A stretch of 64,000 nt of DNA from an uncultured Methanosarcinaceae archaeon (GCA_963727895.1 CAVSHT010000004.1:224001-288000); one strand, 5' to 3'. Shown: positions 33,505 through 45,471, numbered from the stretch's first letter. Numbers and translations are program-made. Notes: generated from the letters alone by a model not told the origin.

Positions 33505-34332
33505 ATGATTAGGCATATTGACATTGCAGTTCAGAGAATACTCGAGATGAAAGAAAAAGAACCTGCAAAGTTTAAAAAACTAATTGACGAAGGGATCATG
33601 ATCGGCCTGGGAGTAGATCTTGGAGATAAAAACAAAGAAATGACCCCTGCCAACCAGATAAAGAAACAGAATAAGCCAAAAGATCCCGAATATACAGCCG
33701 TGGCAGAAGCAGTTATCGAGGGAAACAGTGCAGACGCAGTGAAACTCACAGCTGCCCTGCTTGAAGAAGGAAGAGACCCAACAGATGTGGTTTTAAATGC
33801 TCTTATGCCCGGAATTCAGACTGTATGTGAGCTTTACGACATAGGGGAAAGCTATGTGCCGGAAATTCTACTGGCTAATGAAGCCCTTGTAGGAGGAGTG
33901 GAACTCTGCCAAGAAAGAGTTGGAGAAATGCCCTCTAAGGGAAGAGTTGTGTCTCTTGTTATTGAAGGAGATGTGCATGACATAGGCAAGAACATTGTAG
34001 CCGCTATCCTTAGAGCAAATGGTTTCGAAGTAGTTGATCTTGGAAAAGATATAACAGTGGAAGAAGCCGTTAGAGCCGTAAGAGCTGCAAATGCTGACCT
34101 GGTTACCGGTACAACTCTAATGAGTACAACCAAAGAAGGTCTTAAAGATCTTGCAGAGGTTCTTGACTCTGAAGACGTTCCCGTAGCCTGTGGCGGGGCT
34201 GCTATAGACAGACGTTTTGTTGAGACTTTTGGCAATTCAGTTTATGGAAAAACACCACTTGATGCGGTAAAAATCGCAAAGAAGATCTGTGCAGGAAAGA
34301 ACTGGAAAGAAGTCCGTAAGGAGCTTCACTGA
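33505..34332 (+). CDS. mtsB: Methylthiol:CoM methyltransferase corrinoid subunit B
   Basis: [13 protein letters not shown]12-binding motif, cap domain; translationally coupled to mtsA. Confidence 0.92.
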   Translation: MIRHIDIAVQRILEMKEKEPAKFKKLIDEGIMIGLGVDLGDKNKEMTPANQIKKQNKPKDPEYTAVAEAVIEGNSADAVKLTAALLEEGRDPTDVVLNALMPGIQTVCELYDIGESYVPEILLANEALVGGVELCQERVGEMPSKGRVVSLVIEGDVHDIGKNIVAAILRANGFEVVDLGKDITVEEAVRAVRAANADLVTGTTLMSTTKEGLKDLAEVLDSEDVPVACGGAAIDRRFVETFGNSVYGKTPLDAVKIAKKICAGKNWKEVRKELH

Positions 34333-34416
34333 TTCTACTTGACTATTTTATTTCATTTTATTTTTATATCATATTAGATTGTATCTCTTTTTCATTTATT
34401 GTTTCATTTATTGAAT

Positions 34417-34510
34417 GAGCCTATCCCAAAACTTGATTTAATCTAATTATTGCTGCTAATATTACAACTCCAAAGTATGATATTTCTTTGATTTCATACC
34501 TTGGAAAATT
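34417..34510. repeat. MITE/IS-end fragment beginning gagcctatcccaaaac
   Basis: Similar to 6913-6997 and to IS5-type end gagcctatccgaaaag at 43154. Confidence 0.55.
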
Positions 34511-34718
34511 TAAGGCAGGTTTCTGGTGTAAAATTGATCGTTTTCAAGCAAGAAAACTTCTTAACTGATAACCGCTGGAGAAATCTAAATTTGAATTTTA
34601 TATTAACTATAAAAGACTTAACCAAACTCTAAATGATCATGGACTGCAATAAATCAATATTTAAAAGAAAGACGGAATTTAAAAAGACCGAAATAGCTGG
34701 AAAGGTAAAAATACATTA

Positions 34719-35457
34719 GGTATTGTTACTTAACTATATCTAGTTCTTTATTTCTGTATTTCATCAATAGAATAACCGAGTACTTTAGCATTTCAAGACT
34801 TTTTTATAACACTTTGTCTTTCTTCTCAACCTTGCCAAAAAGTGCCTCAATATGCTGTTATATCCTTCAACAGTATACGTTTCTGCTTTGGATTGAGTAT
34901 GGATCTTTTCTGAAATAAACTCTGCATATGCCCTCCAGTGATCGGTCATCACTTCTCCAATCTCTTTTTTCTTCAATTTTTTTCAGAGTAGTTTTCCAGT
35001 TTCCGTTCCTCTGCTACCAAAAGAGCAGTTGATGAACTTTTTCCCAACTCTATCAACAGCAATCCAGATCCAGCAATATTTTTTTTGTTACCGATGTGAG
35101 TGTGCATTTTATCCATTTCAACAATAGATATCTCATTTTCACTTTTTAGGTTCTCTCACTCCTGACCAAATTTCTTTATCAATTTTTGGACAGAAACATG
35201 ACTTACCCCTAAAACTCGTCCTATTGAGCGAAAGCCCAATCCTCCAAGGTAAAGTTGTAAAGCCTGTCTTTTTACAGAAGCGGAAAAAGCAGTTGATTTT
35301 AGCTCTACTGTATAGTTATAGCCACAATCAGAGCATTTGTACCGTTGACGTCCGCCAACTATACCATTCTTTTTGTAATTAGAACTATTGCATCTGGGGC
35401 AGTTCATGCAGAAATATATGTTATAAGCATATATATCTATTTTTGTGTACCAATGCC
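34719..35457 (-). mobile_element. IS1-family element copy 5 (inactivated)
   Basis: Ends ggtattgttactt / gtaccaatgcc; internal stop at 35156 and frameshift near 34800; no target duplication. Confidence 0.92.
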
Positions 35458-35502
35458 CAATTATAAAAAGGCAGAAAATATTTCTGCCAGCACTTTTTTG
35501 GC

Positions 35503-37158
35503 TTATTCATCTGTAAAAAGCTCAACAAACTCGAATTTTGTCACATCAAACAGGCCTTTATCTCCTAATTTAAGTTCGGGAATTACAAGGAGCGACATAA
35601 ATGAAAGCGTCATAAAAGGCGACATAAATGAAGTTCCCAGTTTCCGAGCTTCTTTATTCAATTGCTGGTACCTTATAGCTACTTCTTTTCCGTCCAGAGT
35701 GCTCATAAGGCCTGAAACCTCTAGTGGAAGATCAAGTAGACTATCTGCGGTTCCAACAACGATTCCTCCTTTATTCTCCACCAGCCTATTGACAGCCCTA
35801 ACGATGTCTTCATCCGTTGCTCCAACTGCAATTATATTGTGACTATCATGAGCAATGCTGCTTGCAATAGCCCCTTTTTTCAGGCCAATATTCTTTATGA
35901 AACCGATCTGGACAGGGTCATCAGCATACCGGCTCAGGACAACCATTTTCAAAATATCTCGAGTGGGATCTGAAACAAGGTTTCCATTTTCTATCTTTGG
36001 AATTGTCAATTCCTGACCTGTGACCAGTTCCCCCTCCTGAGCAATAATTACTCGGATTTTTTTCTTCAGTTCCTCATTATTACCCGAAACAGGCACACTT
36101 AGTTTTACATCATCAAGTGAGATCTTACGTCTGTTGAATACATTTTTTGCAGGGGCTTTTTCAACTGAAAAAAGAACTTTTCCGTTATTGTAAACACAAT
36201 TTCCATCAATAAAGGTCTTCAGCACTTTGAAAGTTTTCAGGTCATCTACAATAATAAAATCAGCAGGGTCTCCTTCTCGCAACATTCCGACATTAAGCTC
36301 ATAATGTTCCACTGAATTGATCACTGCTGCTCCGATGAGATTATATATATCAAGTCCTTTTTCCTGCCCGCGCCTGAGAAACTTATCGATATGTCCCTCA
36401 TATATCAAGGTATCAGGGTGAGAATCATCAGTGCAGAGCATTACTGATTCGGGATATTCGTCTATCAACCGGTACAGTGTCTCAAAATTCCGAGCTGAAC
36501 TTCCCTCCCGGATCAGTATCTTCATCCCGATATTTATTTTCTCAACCGCTTCCTCATAAGAAAAAGATTCGTGGTCTGTGGAAATTCCTGAACCCACGTA
36601 TTTCTGGAGATCTTCTCCCTTCAAACCGGGCGCGTGCCCATCTATATTTTTGCCGTATTTTTTCGCGGATTCTAGTTTTGCCATTACCTCAGGAAATTCC
36701 ATGATCACTCCAGGGAAATTCATCATTTCTGAAAGGTAATACAGATCATCCCTTGCCAGCAACCGGTCAACAGTCTCGGCATCCAGCACCGCTCCTGCGG
36801 ATTCAAAGGGCGTGGACGGCACACACGATGGTACTCCAAAAAATACCTTTAGAGGAGCTTTTTTAGAATCCTCAAGCATGTACTCAATGCCTTCTTCTCC
36901 CATGACGTTTGCAATCTCATGAGGATCGCTAACAACTGCAACCGTACCTCTTGAAATTGCCATCCGAGCAAAAACCGAAGGTACGGTCATTGAACTTTCT
37001 ATATGTACATGCGCGTCTATAAGTCCTGGAAGAATATACTGCTCTTTATCGTGCTCCTTCTCTTTGATACTTATGATCTTCCCATTTTCAATGGCAATTT
37101 CGCCTTTAAACTTCCGCTTGGAAATAGCATCAACAATGATCCCCTGATAAGTTTGCAT
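35503..37158 (-). CDS. ade: Adenine deaminase
   Basis: PGLIDAHVHIESS, DPHEIANV, EMMNFPGV, DGHAP, TDHE, REGS, AHDSHN. Confidence 0.96.
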   Translation of the reverse strand: MQTYQGIIVDAISKRKFKGEIAIENGKIISIKEKEHDKEQYILPGLIDAHVHIESSMTVPSVFARMAISRGTVAVVSDPHEIANVMGEEGIEYMLEDSKKAPLKVFFGVPSCVPSTPFESAGAVLDAETVDRLLARDDLYYLSEMMNFPGVIMEFPEVMAKLESAKKYGKNIDGHAPGLKGEDLQKYVGSGISTDHESFSYEEAVEKINIGMKILIREGSSARNFETLYRLIDEYPESVMLCTDDSHPDTLIYEGHIDKFLRRGQEKGLDIYNLIGAAVINSVEHYELNVGMLREGDPADFIIVDDLKTFKVLKTFIDGNCVYNNGKVLFSVEKAPAKNVFNRRKISLDDVKLSVPVSGNNEELKKKIRVIIAQEGELVTGQELTIPKIENGNLVSDPTRDILKMVVLSRYADDPVQIGFIKNIGLKKGAIASSIAHDSHNIIAVGATDEDIVRAVNRLVENKGGIVVGTADSLLDLPLEVSGLMSTLDGKEVAIRYQQLNKEARKLGTSFMSPFMTLSFMSLLVIPELKLGDKGLFDVTKFEFVELFTDE

Positions 37159-37322
37159 AGTAGTTCATTGCAGCCATAAATTTATAAATATTTTCAAATA
37201 AGTTAATGCGGGCATTTATTAATGTTTTGAAAATTGTGGAAGAAAATGAGAAGAATGAAAACGAAAAAGATGGAGAACAACTATTTCTTATGATTGACAA
37301 ATAAGACTACAAAAAAGAAACA

Positions 37323-37395
37323 TAGCCCGGCACGGATTCGAACCGAGGTTGCAGGATCCAGAGTCCCACATGATTGACCACTACACTACCGGGCT
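37323..37395 (-). tRNA. tRNA-Gln (CUG)
   Basis: Reverse complement AGCCCGGTAGTGTAGTGGTCAATCATGTGGGACT-CTG-GATCCTGCAACCTCGGTTCGAATCCGTGCCGGGCTA; acceptor stem, TTCGAAT loop. Confidence 0.93.
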
Positions 37396-37648
37396 TCAAT
37401 GATTTTTAGCTATTAGGCGCATTTCTTTTGGCTTTAGACACGCTTTAAGCGTATCTTCTAAATGAAGATTTCATATAAAAATCTTTCGGCTAAAAACATA
37501 CTGAGTGTTAAAATTAGGTAAAAGTATAGAATATTTACAGGAGTAACGAGTTAATCTAAAAAAGAAAAACACTTTTTCCAGCTTTACAAATTTTTAAGTA
37601 AAAACAGAATATAGAAAATTTCTACAAAGCCAAAAAAGAATTACGTTT

Positions 37649-38050
37649 TTACAAGTTTTCCTCAGGTTGATTTAAAATTGCAGTCCACCACCAACGAGCC
37701 ATATCTAAAAGGTCTTTTGAGAACTGACCTGAAAGTTTATATTCTCTATTTTTTATTGAGATCATACCTGCTCCAAGAAGTTTGTTACGCATTGCATAAA
37801 ATGAGGCACGACCTATTTGGAGTTCCTCTAAAAGAGTCTCCCATTCATCAGTTCGGATCGCATTTCCTCCAGCTTGACGCTCTTCTATTAGCGTCAGGAA
37901 CTTGCGACCTCTGATAGCAGTGGCATCTTCTTGAAAAATGCGCCGCATAAGGGTATAATATGGATCCCTTGAATGGCTTATGCGGGTATTGGCATCCGAT
38001 CTTACTACAATAGTCGTTGCTGTTTTTGGTGCATCTTTTACGAGCGACAT
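37649..38050 (-). CDS. Conserved hypothetical winged-helix-like protein
   Basis: [28 protein letters not shown]-like; co-oriented with 38083-38409. Confidence 0.75.
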   Translation of the reverse strand: MSLVKDAPKTATTIVVRSDANTRISHSRDPYYTLMRRIFQEDATAIRGRKFLTLIEERQAGGNAIRTDEWETLLEELQIGRASFYAMRNKLLGAGMISIKNREYKLSGQFSKDLLDMARWWWTAILNQPEENL

Positions 38051-38082
38051 TGTCCATCAGGCATGTTTATATGTTAATATCC

Positions 38083-38409
38083 TTAAGTTTTAAACTCAAC
38101 AGGTGTCTGTGAGGTTACAATCTTCATAAGTATGTCCATATACTCTTCTCTTAGAAAGTAAACCATTGGGGTTTTATAAGACTCTTTATGTGCCCTTAAA
38201 ATTCCAAGCTTCGAATGGATATACCCTACCATGGATGCGACAGTGTTCCTCGATACATTATACTTACTTGTAAGCATTTCATGCAGCTCGTCAATAGTCG
38301 CTTTTTTTACTTTTATAAAAATACATAGGATTGCCCTTCGATATCCACTGGAATCAACCTCTACAAATTTCTCTAATCTTGATTTAATTTTCGCTCGGAT
38401 GGATACCAT
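38083..38409 (-). CDS. DUF2551-like winged-helix protein
   Basis: RLEKFVEVDSSGYRRAIL, VASMVGYIHSKLGIL. Confidence 0.75.
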   Translation of the reverse strand: MVSIRAKIKSRLEKFVEVDSSGYRRAILCIFIKVKKATIDELHEMLTSKYNVSRNTVASMVGYIHSKLGILRAHKESYKTPMVYFLREEYMDILMKIVTSQTPVEFKT

Positions 38410-38881
38410 TGATTACCACCTTTACTGATGTAGTAAACTATGTGAGTTATAACTCTATATATAGATTTTTAAATTTATTCGTCCTGATGGAATGGATACA
38501 GAAAATTTATATCCATCAAATAATTTTGCTTTAATTCAAAGCCCGTTTCTTTCTATATATATATATTCTTCTTCTAATATATCGTTTTTTGTGTCTTATT
38601 TCTTGGATCTTTGTCCATATGTTTTATGGACTTTTTAATATTAAACATTAAAATTTTATATTTTTATTTTTACCTATTTTTCATAAATATATTGTAGCTA
38701 TTCAAATTGAAAAAAACTTGTCCTGAGAGGAAATTTCGTTAAAGGACTTATTAAATATATTTATTTAACCACGTTATAAGTGCCTTACTTCAATATATTA
38801 AGTTTTCGTTCAGCCCCTATAGGTGTCCAGTTTTACTTATTATAAGCTTCATCTAATACTTTGTTTCTTCCTATTCATAGC

Positions 38882-39395
38882 ATGGCGTTTTTGTTATTGA
38901 GTCCTCTGGTGAAGCCTGCAATAGAAGGCATCAGAATTCCAAGAATTATTACGTAGTTCTTAAGGAACCCCTAATTCTAGATGGAATGTCTTATCTCAGA
39001 ATGCACATCCATGGAAACTAGGGATTCAGGTTTCTCAAGTGCTGTCTGTCTCTGTGAGTTTAAGGCTTCTTATGATCCCTATTCTCTCAAAGTTCTCTTT
39101 TCTGCAGAATTAGAATATCTGCATCATGGTAATTTTCCATACAATTCTGACACACTGGAGTGGCCTGTAAGAAAGGCGACTAATGTAATAAGAGAAGAAA
39201 TGAATACAGGAAAAGGCATCGTTGTTTATTGCGTGGAAGGTATAAGCAGAACAGGGACAGTTCTTGAACGTATACTCAAGGATCTTGGTTTTCAGGCTGA
39301 TGAGGTAATAAATTATCTTGAAAAATAAACAAGCTAAGAGGTTTTAAAGGATGGCCTGAGACGGAATGTCAAGCAGAAATGATACGTAGATATTG
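38882..39395 (+). pseudogene. Degenerate protein-tyrosine/dual-specificity phosphatase
   Basis: IVVYCVEGISRTGTVL CX5R loop in ORF 38981-39328; reading appears to continue across frameshifts/stops on both sides. Confidence 0.6.
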
Positions 39396-39578
39396 AAGTG
39401 ATTTGAAATTTATTAATATCTGAAATGCTTTGAAATTTATTAATATCTCTGGATAACTTTCTGGGAAATAGAATTTTTCGTAATAAATATAAGGTGTACA
39501 GTTGTATATTTAAAAGGGGAAGAATCTGCATTTAGTAGAAATTTATTAAATTTAAAATATTTTTTAAGGGGGTTTAGC

Positions 39579-40941
39579 TTGAAATTTGAACGTATTAAAT
39601 CAGAAGGTCTGGCGCATCTTTCTTATTTCATTGGCTCGGAAGATGAAGCCATAGTTATCGATTCTCGAAGAGACTGTCAGGTCTATGTTGATCTTGCCAG
39701 AAGAGAGGGTATGAATATAATATATATTTTTGAGACTCACAGAAACGAGGACTATGTAATTGGTTCCCCGGAACTGAAAAAGCTTACAGCTGCAGAGATT
39801 TATCATGGTGAGGGAATAGATTTCAAGTATGGAAGTTATTTGAAAGAGGGACAGGAATTTAATTTTAGCTCTATGAAGTTGACTACTTTATATACTCCGG
39901 GTCATACTGATGAAAGCGTGTCCTATACACTGACAGACCTTGATACAGGAAAAGATCCAATAATGGTCTTTACAGGGGATGCACTGTTTTCATAGGCGAC
40001 TCCGGAAGAACCGATCTCTATGGTCCAGAAGAAGCTCCAAGGCTTGCAGCAAACCTCTATGACAGCATTTTTAACAAAATCCTTCCTTTGAGAGACGGAG
40101 TAATATTATGTCCTGCACATGGTTCAGGTTCAGTTTGTGGGGGAGCTATCGCCAAAAGGAACCACAGTACTTTTGGACTTGAACGTATCCAGAATCCTGT
40201 TTTGCAAAAAACTGACAAGAACGAATTTATCAGGTTCAAGCTTGAAGAGCAGCTTGAGTTTCCTCCTTATTTTAAAAAATGGAGCAGTATAACAGGCAAG
40301 GACCCCCTCTGCTCAAAGGTCTTCCAGTTCCAAAGATGCTTTCACCCGAGGAGTTCAGGGCAGAAATAGAAAAAGGGGCAGTGATATTGGATACACGCAT
40401 GCCTCATTCCTTTGGAGGAGCACATATAAAAAATAGCTACAGCATCTGGTTAGGAGGAATACCTTCCTTTGCCGGCTGGGTGCTTCCTTATGATAAACCC
40501 ATACTTCTCGTGCTGGAAGAAAAAGAGCAACTTGAAACTGCTGTAAGGTATCTGGTCCGCCTTGGTTATGACAATATCGTGGGGTTTTTAAACGGTGGAA
40601 TTGCAGCTTGGTATATGAAGGCCTTACCTGTAGACGAATTCAACCTTATATCTGTTCATAGTTTGAAGAATAAATTGGAGAATAAGGAGAATATAACACT
40701 TCTGGATGTAAGGAAGAAGAAAGAATGGAAAGAAGGGCACATTGAAGGAGCTAAAAATATTTATGTTGGCGAGCTTGAAGAAAATATAGTCCCAAAAGAG
40801 TTTCCGTTAATTGTTTATTGTGATAGTTCCCGACGTTCAGGAATTGCAGCCTCAATTTTAAAAAAGCATGGTTATAATGTATATAATGTGCTTGGAAGCA
40901 TGACTGCATGGAAAAATGCCGGATATGACATCGTAAAATAA
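39579..40941 (+). pseudogene. MBL-fold hydrolase + double rhodanese protein, two frameshifts
   Basis: ETHRNEDY, TPGHTDES, FTGDALF, PAHGSGSVCG, GAHIKNS, LDVR..EWKEGHIEGA; split in three ORFs at homopolymer runs ~39990 and ~40278. Confidence 0.85.
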
Positions 40942-41016
40942 CCTTATTTTTGATCAAACGCATATTTATAAATTAGTTCAGAAATCTTTATATGCTCTCT
41001 CTTTTTTTACTTTATC

Positions 41017-42201
41017 ATGATTTTACATGTTCCTCGCGTTCTTCTTCCAAAGAACAATTGGGAAAAGTGGGCAGTAATTGCCTGTGATCAGCACACTCAG
41101 GATCTGAAATACTGGAAAAGGGTTGAAGAATTTGTTGGAAACACTCCTTCTACTTATAATCTAATTTATCCGGAAATATATCTGCCTTTAGAGGAAAATA
41201 GAGTAAATAAAATTCACAAAAATCTAAGTGACTACAAAGAATTCCTTGTTGACTATGGTCCCTGCTTTATTTTCGTAAAGCGTTTGGTTTCAGGCAAGGA
41301 AAGAATAGGTCTCGTAGTTGCGGTCGATTTGGAAGAATATCAGTTCGACGGATCCGATTCATTCATCAAGCCAACTGAAGGAACTATTAAAGAAAGACTT
41401 CCAGCAAGAGTCAGGATAAGAGAAAATGCAGAATTGGAACTTTCCCACATTTTAGTATTATACAATGATCCTGATTTCCAAGTTATTTCCCAAAATCCGG
41501 AAGACCTTATTTGTGAAGAAAATAAGGTTTATGATTTTGATCTGATGGAAAATGGCGGTCACATCATAGGTTACAAGATCAGTAATGAACAAGTAATTAC
41601 TGAAATATCGGATAAAATTCAGAACCTTGGACCCCTTCTTGTAGGGGATGGAAATCACAGTCTTGCTGCTGCAAAGAGTTTCTGGGAACAAATTAAAGGG
41701 ACTGTGAAGGCTGACCATCCTGCAAGGTATGTAATGGTTGAGCTTGTCAATGTTCACGACCCTGGACTTTCCTTTGAACCGATTCATCGGGTTGTAAGTG
41801 GAATTGAGCCTGAAGAGCTGCTCAAAAAATTCAATGCAAGGATTGAAGAAACCAATATCTGCTTTTCAAATGCCGATTTTCCCGCTACAAATCATTCAAT
41901 AGGGTTTGTTACAGCAAATAAATGTGGTGTGTTGGTTTTTGAGAATCCCATGCATGATCTTGAAGTCGAAACTCTTGACGAGATTATTGATAATTATTCA
42001 GTTGACTACGAGCATGATCCTGATGTCGTAGAAAAACTTGCAAAAAAACAGGGTAACATTGGTTTTTTCCTTCCTCCTTTAAAAAAGAGCAATTTTTTTA
42101 CCCTTATAAAAAAGAAAGGTATTCTTCCAAGAAAATCATTTTCCCTTGGAAAGGAAAACGAAAAAAGATATTATATAGAGGCTCGAAAGATTATTCCGTA
42201 A
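41017..42201 (+). CDS. DUF1015 family protein
   Basis: KWAVIACDQHT, PTEGTIKERLPARVRIR, GDGNHSLAAAK, FEPIHRV, LPRKSFS. Confidence 0.85.
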   Translation: MILHVPRVLLPKNNWEKWAVIACDQHTQDLKYWKRVEEFVGNTPSTYNLIYPEIYLPLEENRVNKIHKNLSDYKEFLVDYGPCFIFVKRLVSGKERIGLVVAVDLEEYQFDGSDSFIKPTEGTIKERLPARVRIRENAELELSHILVLYNDPDFQVISQNPEDLICEENKVYDFDLMENGGHIIGYKISNEQVITEISDKIQNLGPLLVGDGNHSLAAAKSFWEQIKGTVKADHPARYVMVELVNVHDPGLSFEPIHRVVSGIEPEELLKKFNARIEETNICFSNADFPATNHSIGFVTANKCGVLVFENPMHDLEVETLDEIIDNYSVDYEHDPDVVEKLAKKQGNIGFFLPPLKKSNFFTLIKKKGILPRKSFSLGKENEKRYYIEARKIIP

Positions 42202-42601
42202 AACTTATGGAGATTTATAAGTTATTTTCTAATGGTTGGTTGGCACCCAATCTTGATTTGTCTTTTGAAGATGAAAAAGATACAAAAAAGGTTCGAATTC
42301 TTAATTATATAAATCATTATATGTTTGAATATTATTAGACCGTTGAGTATTTTACCCCTCACTCAACAGCCAGCTTGTTAAGAAACTTTGTAAAGAAGTT
42401 ATAGTAGATGTTTTTTTAACTCGCATCGAGCCCTTGCTAGCAGTGCCTGTAAATTCATATTCTATCCACTTGCATTCTATTCCAAAATGCTCACACAGCA
42501 GCTTTTGTAACTAGCTCGACTGATGTAGATTATATGTTTGTTCTTTTAATATAATTATTTCAAACCCCGGATCAATGTATGTAGATATGCAATTATTCTT
42601 T

Positions 42602-42814
42602 TTACTTATCAGGCTGATCCAAGAGTTGCTCAAGCTCATATATTTCTTTAATTTGCTCCCTGCTCTTTTGTGGTGGGATATAATTAAGTCTCGAATATAA
42701 TATTTCTCTAATTATGTCAGACCTGCTACAATTTCTTGCGTGAGCCATTGAGTTGATAAGAGGAATGAGATGTTCATCAATATATGGCGTTCTATAAAGA
42801 TTCAGTATTGTCAT
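42602..42814 (-). CDS. Ribbon-helix-helix (CopG-like) protein
   Basis: TPYIDEHLIPLINSMAHARNCSRSDIIREIL RHH pattern. Confidence 0.7.
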   Translation of the reverse strand: MTILNLYRTPYIDEHLIPLINSMAHARNCSRSDIIREILYSRLNYIPPQKSREQIKEIYELEQLLDQPDK

Positions 42815-43153
42815 ATTGACTATGTATATGTTTGATCTAATATGTATATTTGGTTGAATCTAAATTTAAGATATATAATCCATAGTTTACTATAGCTCAG
42901 AACCAAAATGAAAATTCGGCACTCATCGAGGATATGCTTGTTACTGGAGCTTTCGTAGAGCCTCCACAACATGATATCAGGATCTTGGATATACACAAAT
43001 ATCGCTGAAAACGCTCAAAATATCCTCAAAATCCTCAAAAATCATCGCCGTTTTCCAGAACCGCAGAATGATCTGAGCAGCGCCTCTCGCAAATATAAAA
43101 TAAAGAGGTTTTTTGTGGAATCGATAGATAGTTACAATAATCATACTCATTAA

Positions 43154-43340
43154 GAGCCTATCCGAAAAGTCCTGCTGCCCTGAATATTATCCATGCACAT
43201 GCAAAATGAAGCATAGCAAGGTAATTCTCCATTTTCTTTTCCCATCTTATCAGCGGTCTTCTGAATCTGTTCATATTAATCAACTAGTTGGACCATTTCT
43301 ATAATATCCATATATTTTCCTTGGATATTTTGACTTTTGT
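43154..43340 (-). mobile_element. IS5-family transposase 3' remnant with terminal repeat
   Basis: Manual translation MNRFRRPLIRWEKKMENYLAMLHFACAWIIFRAAGLFG* ending in ggataggctc. Confidence 0.75.
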
Positions 43341-43669
43341 TCATCATACATTCACATACTTATTTGGACATTTTCACAACAGGATGTATTTATTATATAC
43401 ATAAATAAAAATTTTTAAACCATTGTTTAAGAAATTAAGTCATTTGGATCGTGGTTTCATAGTTATATTACTTATAAAAAGATATTTTCATATTTAATCT
43501 TTTAGAAACCATTATCTTTATAATTATTCCCCTTTTATAAATTATTATTTATAAGTATGTTTATATTTTAGCCGGCTTATTTTAGGATTGTCATACTATG
43601 AATAATCAGCGAGATACTTAAGACAATAGAGGAAGGCTATCCAAACAGCAAATATATGGGGTAAATAAA

Positions 43670-44137
43670 ATGCTGAAAATGAGAAAGATACTAGGAATTT
43701 TGCTGGCATTTTGTTTTGTAATGTCAGTGACAGTTGCGGCAGTAAGTGCAGCTCCGAATAATGCATATAATAATGGTGGGAAGAATACTGGGGATAAAAA
43801 TAATTTGAACCAGCAAAAGAATACTGGGGATAGAAATAATTGGAACCAACAAAAGAATAATTGGGATCGCCAAAAGAATGAGTGGAATCGCCAAAAGAAT
43901 AATTGGGACCAACAAAGGAATAATTGGAACCGCCAAAAGAATGAGTGGAACCACAAGAAGCACGACAAATATTGCAATAATTGGTATAAAATGTACATGG
44001 CGTGGTTGTTAAAATATAACAGCTGGTACGGCAATTATAACAGCTGGTACAGCGGTTATCACAATTTTTACAACAATTATAATAAATTCGAGATTCAGCG
44101 AACGGACCGCTCAAAGCCGCTCAAGAATATAATATAA
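43670..44137 (+). CDS. Secreted Asn/Trp-rich 7-aa repeat protein
   Basis: Signal MRKILGILLAFCFVMSVTVAAVSA; repeats KN(N/E)W(N/D)(R/Q)Q and YNSWYGN. Confidence 0.75.
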   Translation: MLKMRKILGILLAFCFVMSVTVAAVSAAPNNAYNNGGKNTGDKNNLNQQKNTGDRNNWNQQKNNWDRQKNEWNRQKNNWDQQRNNWNRQKNEWNHKKHDKYCNNWYKMYMAWLLKYNSWYGNYNSWYSGYHNFYNNYNKFEIQRTDRSKPLKNII

Positions 44138-44179
44138 GGCAGTTTTCGTGGAGGCAGCTACATGGAGTGTAAATATTTA

Positions 44180-44242
44180 AAATTGAGGTCAAAATTAAAG
44201 GTCAGAAATTGAGACAAAAATTAAAGGTCGGAATTGGCTCAA
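44180..44242. repeat. 26-bp tandem repeat built of 12-14-bp subunits
   Basis: aaattgaggtcaaaattaaaggtcag / aaattgagacaaaaattaaaggtcgg / aattggctcaa. Confidence 0.7.
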
Positions 44243-44304
44243 CTATCAAATATCCCAAATCAATACGTTTATTTTGATTGTGGTATGAGGTTAAAGAATG
44301 AGAA

Positions 44305-44614
44305 TTAAACCTCAAAGTCGAATCCTGTAATTCCCATTTCAAGCGCTCCCATTTTTGTAATGCCCATGTAATCGGTTAACTCAGCGGGATCAAAGTTTAA
44401 TAGTTCTTTTATTGTTGGTTTTGGCTTTCTAGGTATTTCAACACCTGTTTTTTCAAATATAGCATCTCTCAACTCAGCTTCAGCATTGCACTCAGCTATG
44501 ACTTTATCTCGCTTTGGCATCTTTTTTACTTTATATAGTGATAGACTGAAGCCCTCATGCAGCCGCCAACAATATTTTGCAAGGTATTTCGCACCGCTTT
44601 TTGTGAGTTTATAT
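44305..44614 (-). pseudogene. 3' part of winged-helix protein cut by IS6
   Basis: Frame stays open from IS6 end: YKLTKSGAKYLAKY... into ORF 44305-44520; YxLTxxG is a wHTH wing motif. Confidence 0.6.
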
Positions 44615-45471
44615 GGTTCCGTTGCAAAAAATCTTAGAATAAGCCTGTAAATCTATGAATAATGAATAAAAGTTAAAATATTCAAAAAGATATGTCAATA
44701 TTATAGAACTATTCCAAATAATTGATTAATATATTTAGCTTCATTAAGACCAGAGTAATTTAGATTCTTGACTTGTTCTTTTTTAATCATATTCATAGCT
44801 TCAATTCCTTTTAAAGTTTTAATGGCTGTATGAAAAGACTGAAATCCTAACATTGGATTAACTATTCGTTTAATGGATCTATGATCCTGTTCTATAATGT
44901 TATTCAAATATTTGATTTGTCGAATGCCTACGTTTATAGGTAGTATTTTATCATTTTTCAGTTTATCTATAGCAGGTGGATAAGCTGGATTTTTGTCAAC
45001 TGTGATTACTCTTGGAATTTGATTATGATTAGAGTTCAAAGCTTTCTTAAAGAAACGTTTTGCTGCTTTTTTATTTCGTTTTGCACTTAACATGAAATCA
45101 ATTGTATCTCCATTTGAGTCAACTGCTCGGTAAAAATATTTCCATTCACCTTTAACTCTGATATAAGTTTCATCAACTCTCCAAGAGTCGTTTGTTGGTC
45201 TTAAATGCCTTCTGACCTTCTTTTCGATTTCAGGTGAATATTGATGTACCCATCTCATAATGGTTGTATGGTTGACTATTATCCCTCTTTCTGCCATCAT
45301 TTCCTTTAAATTTCTATAACTAAGTGGGTATTTTAAGTACCATCTAACATTCAATAAAATAATTTCACCTACAAAGTGCTTCCATTTAAAGGAATTAGAT
45401 AGCATATCACTATCTTTGATTTCATTTTTATTTTAATTATATCCTTAGCAGATATTTTTTGCAACGGAACC
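44615..45471 (-). mobile_element. IS6-family element, intact transposase 44701-45405
   Basis: TIR ggttccgttgcaaaaaa; WRVDETYIRVKG, TVDKNPAY, NNIIEQDHR DDE; no target duplication. Confidence 0.96.

Noticed and set aside
37323..37395. tRNA-Gln as attachment site for the integrase
   Set aside because: No duplicate of the tRNA 3' end seen in the window and both flanks are housekeeping genes
39401..39448. Short intergenic duplications (also ~46160-46212, 46697-46735, 59086-59130, 60326-60412)
   Set aside because: Two to three low-complexity units consistent with replication slippage
43780..43960. CRISPR-like array
   Set aside because: 21-bp in-frame coding tandem repeats with no unique spacers and no cas genes
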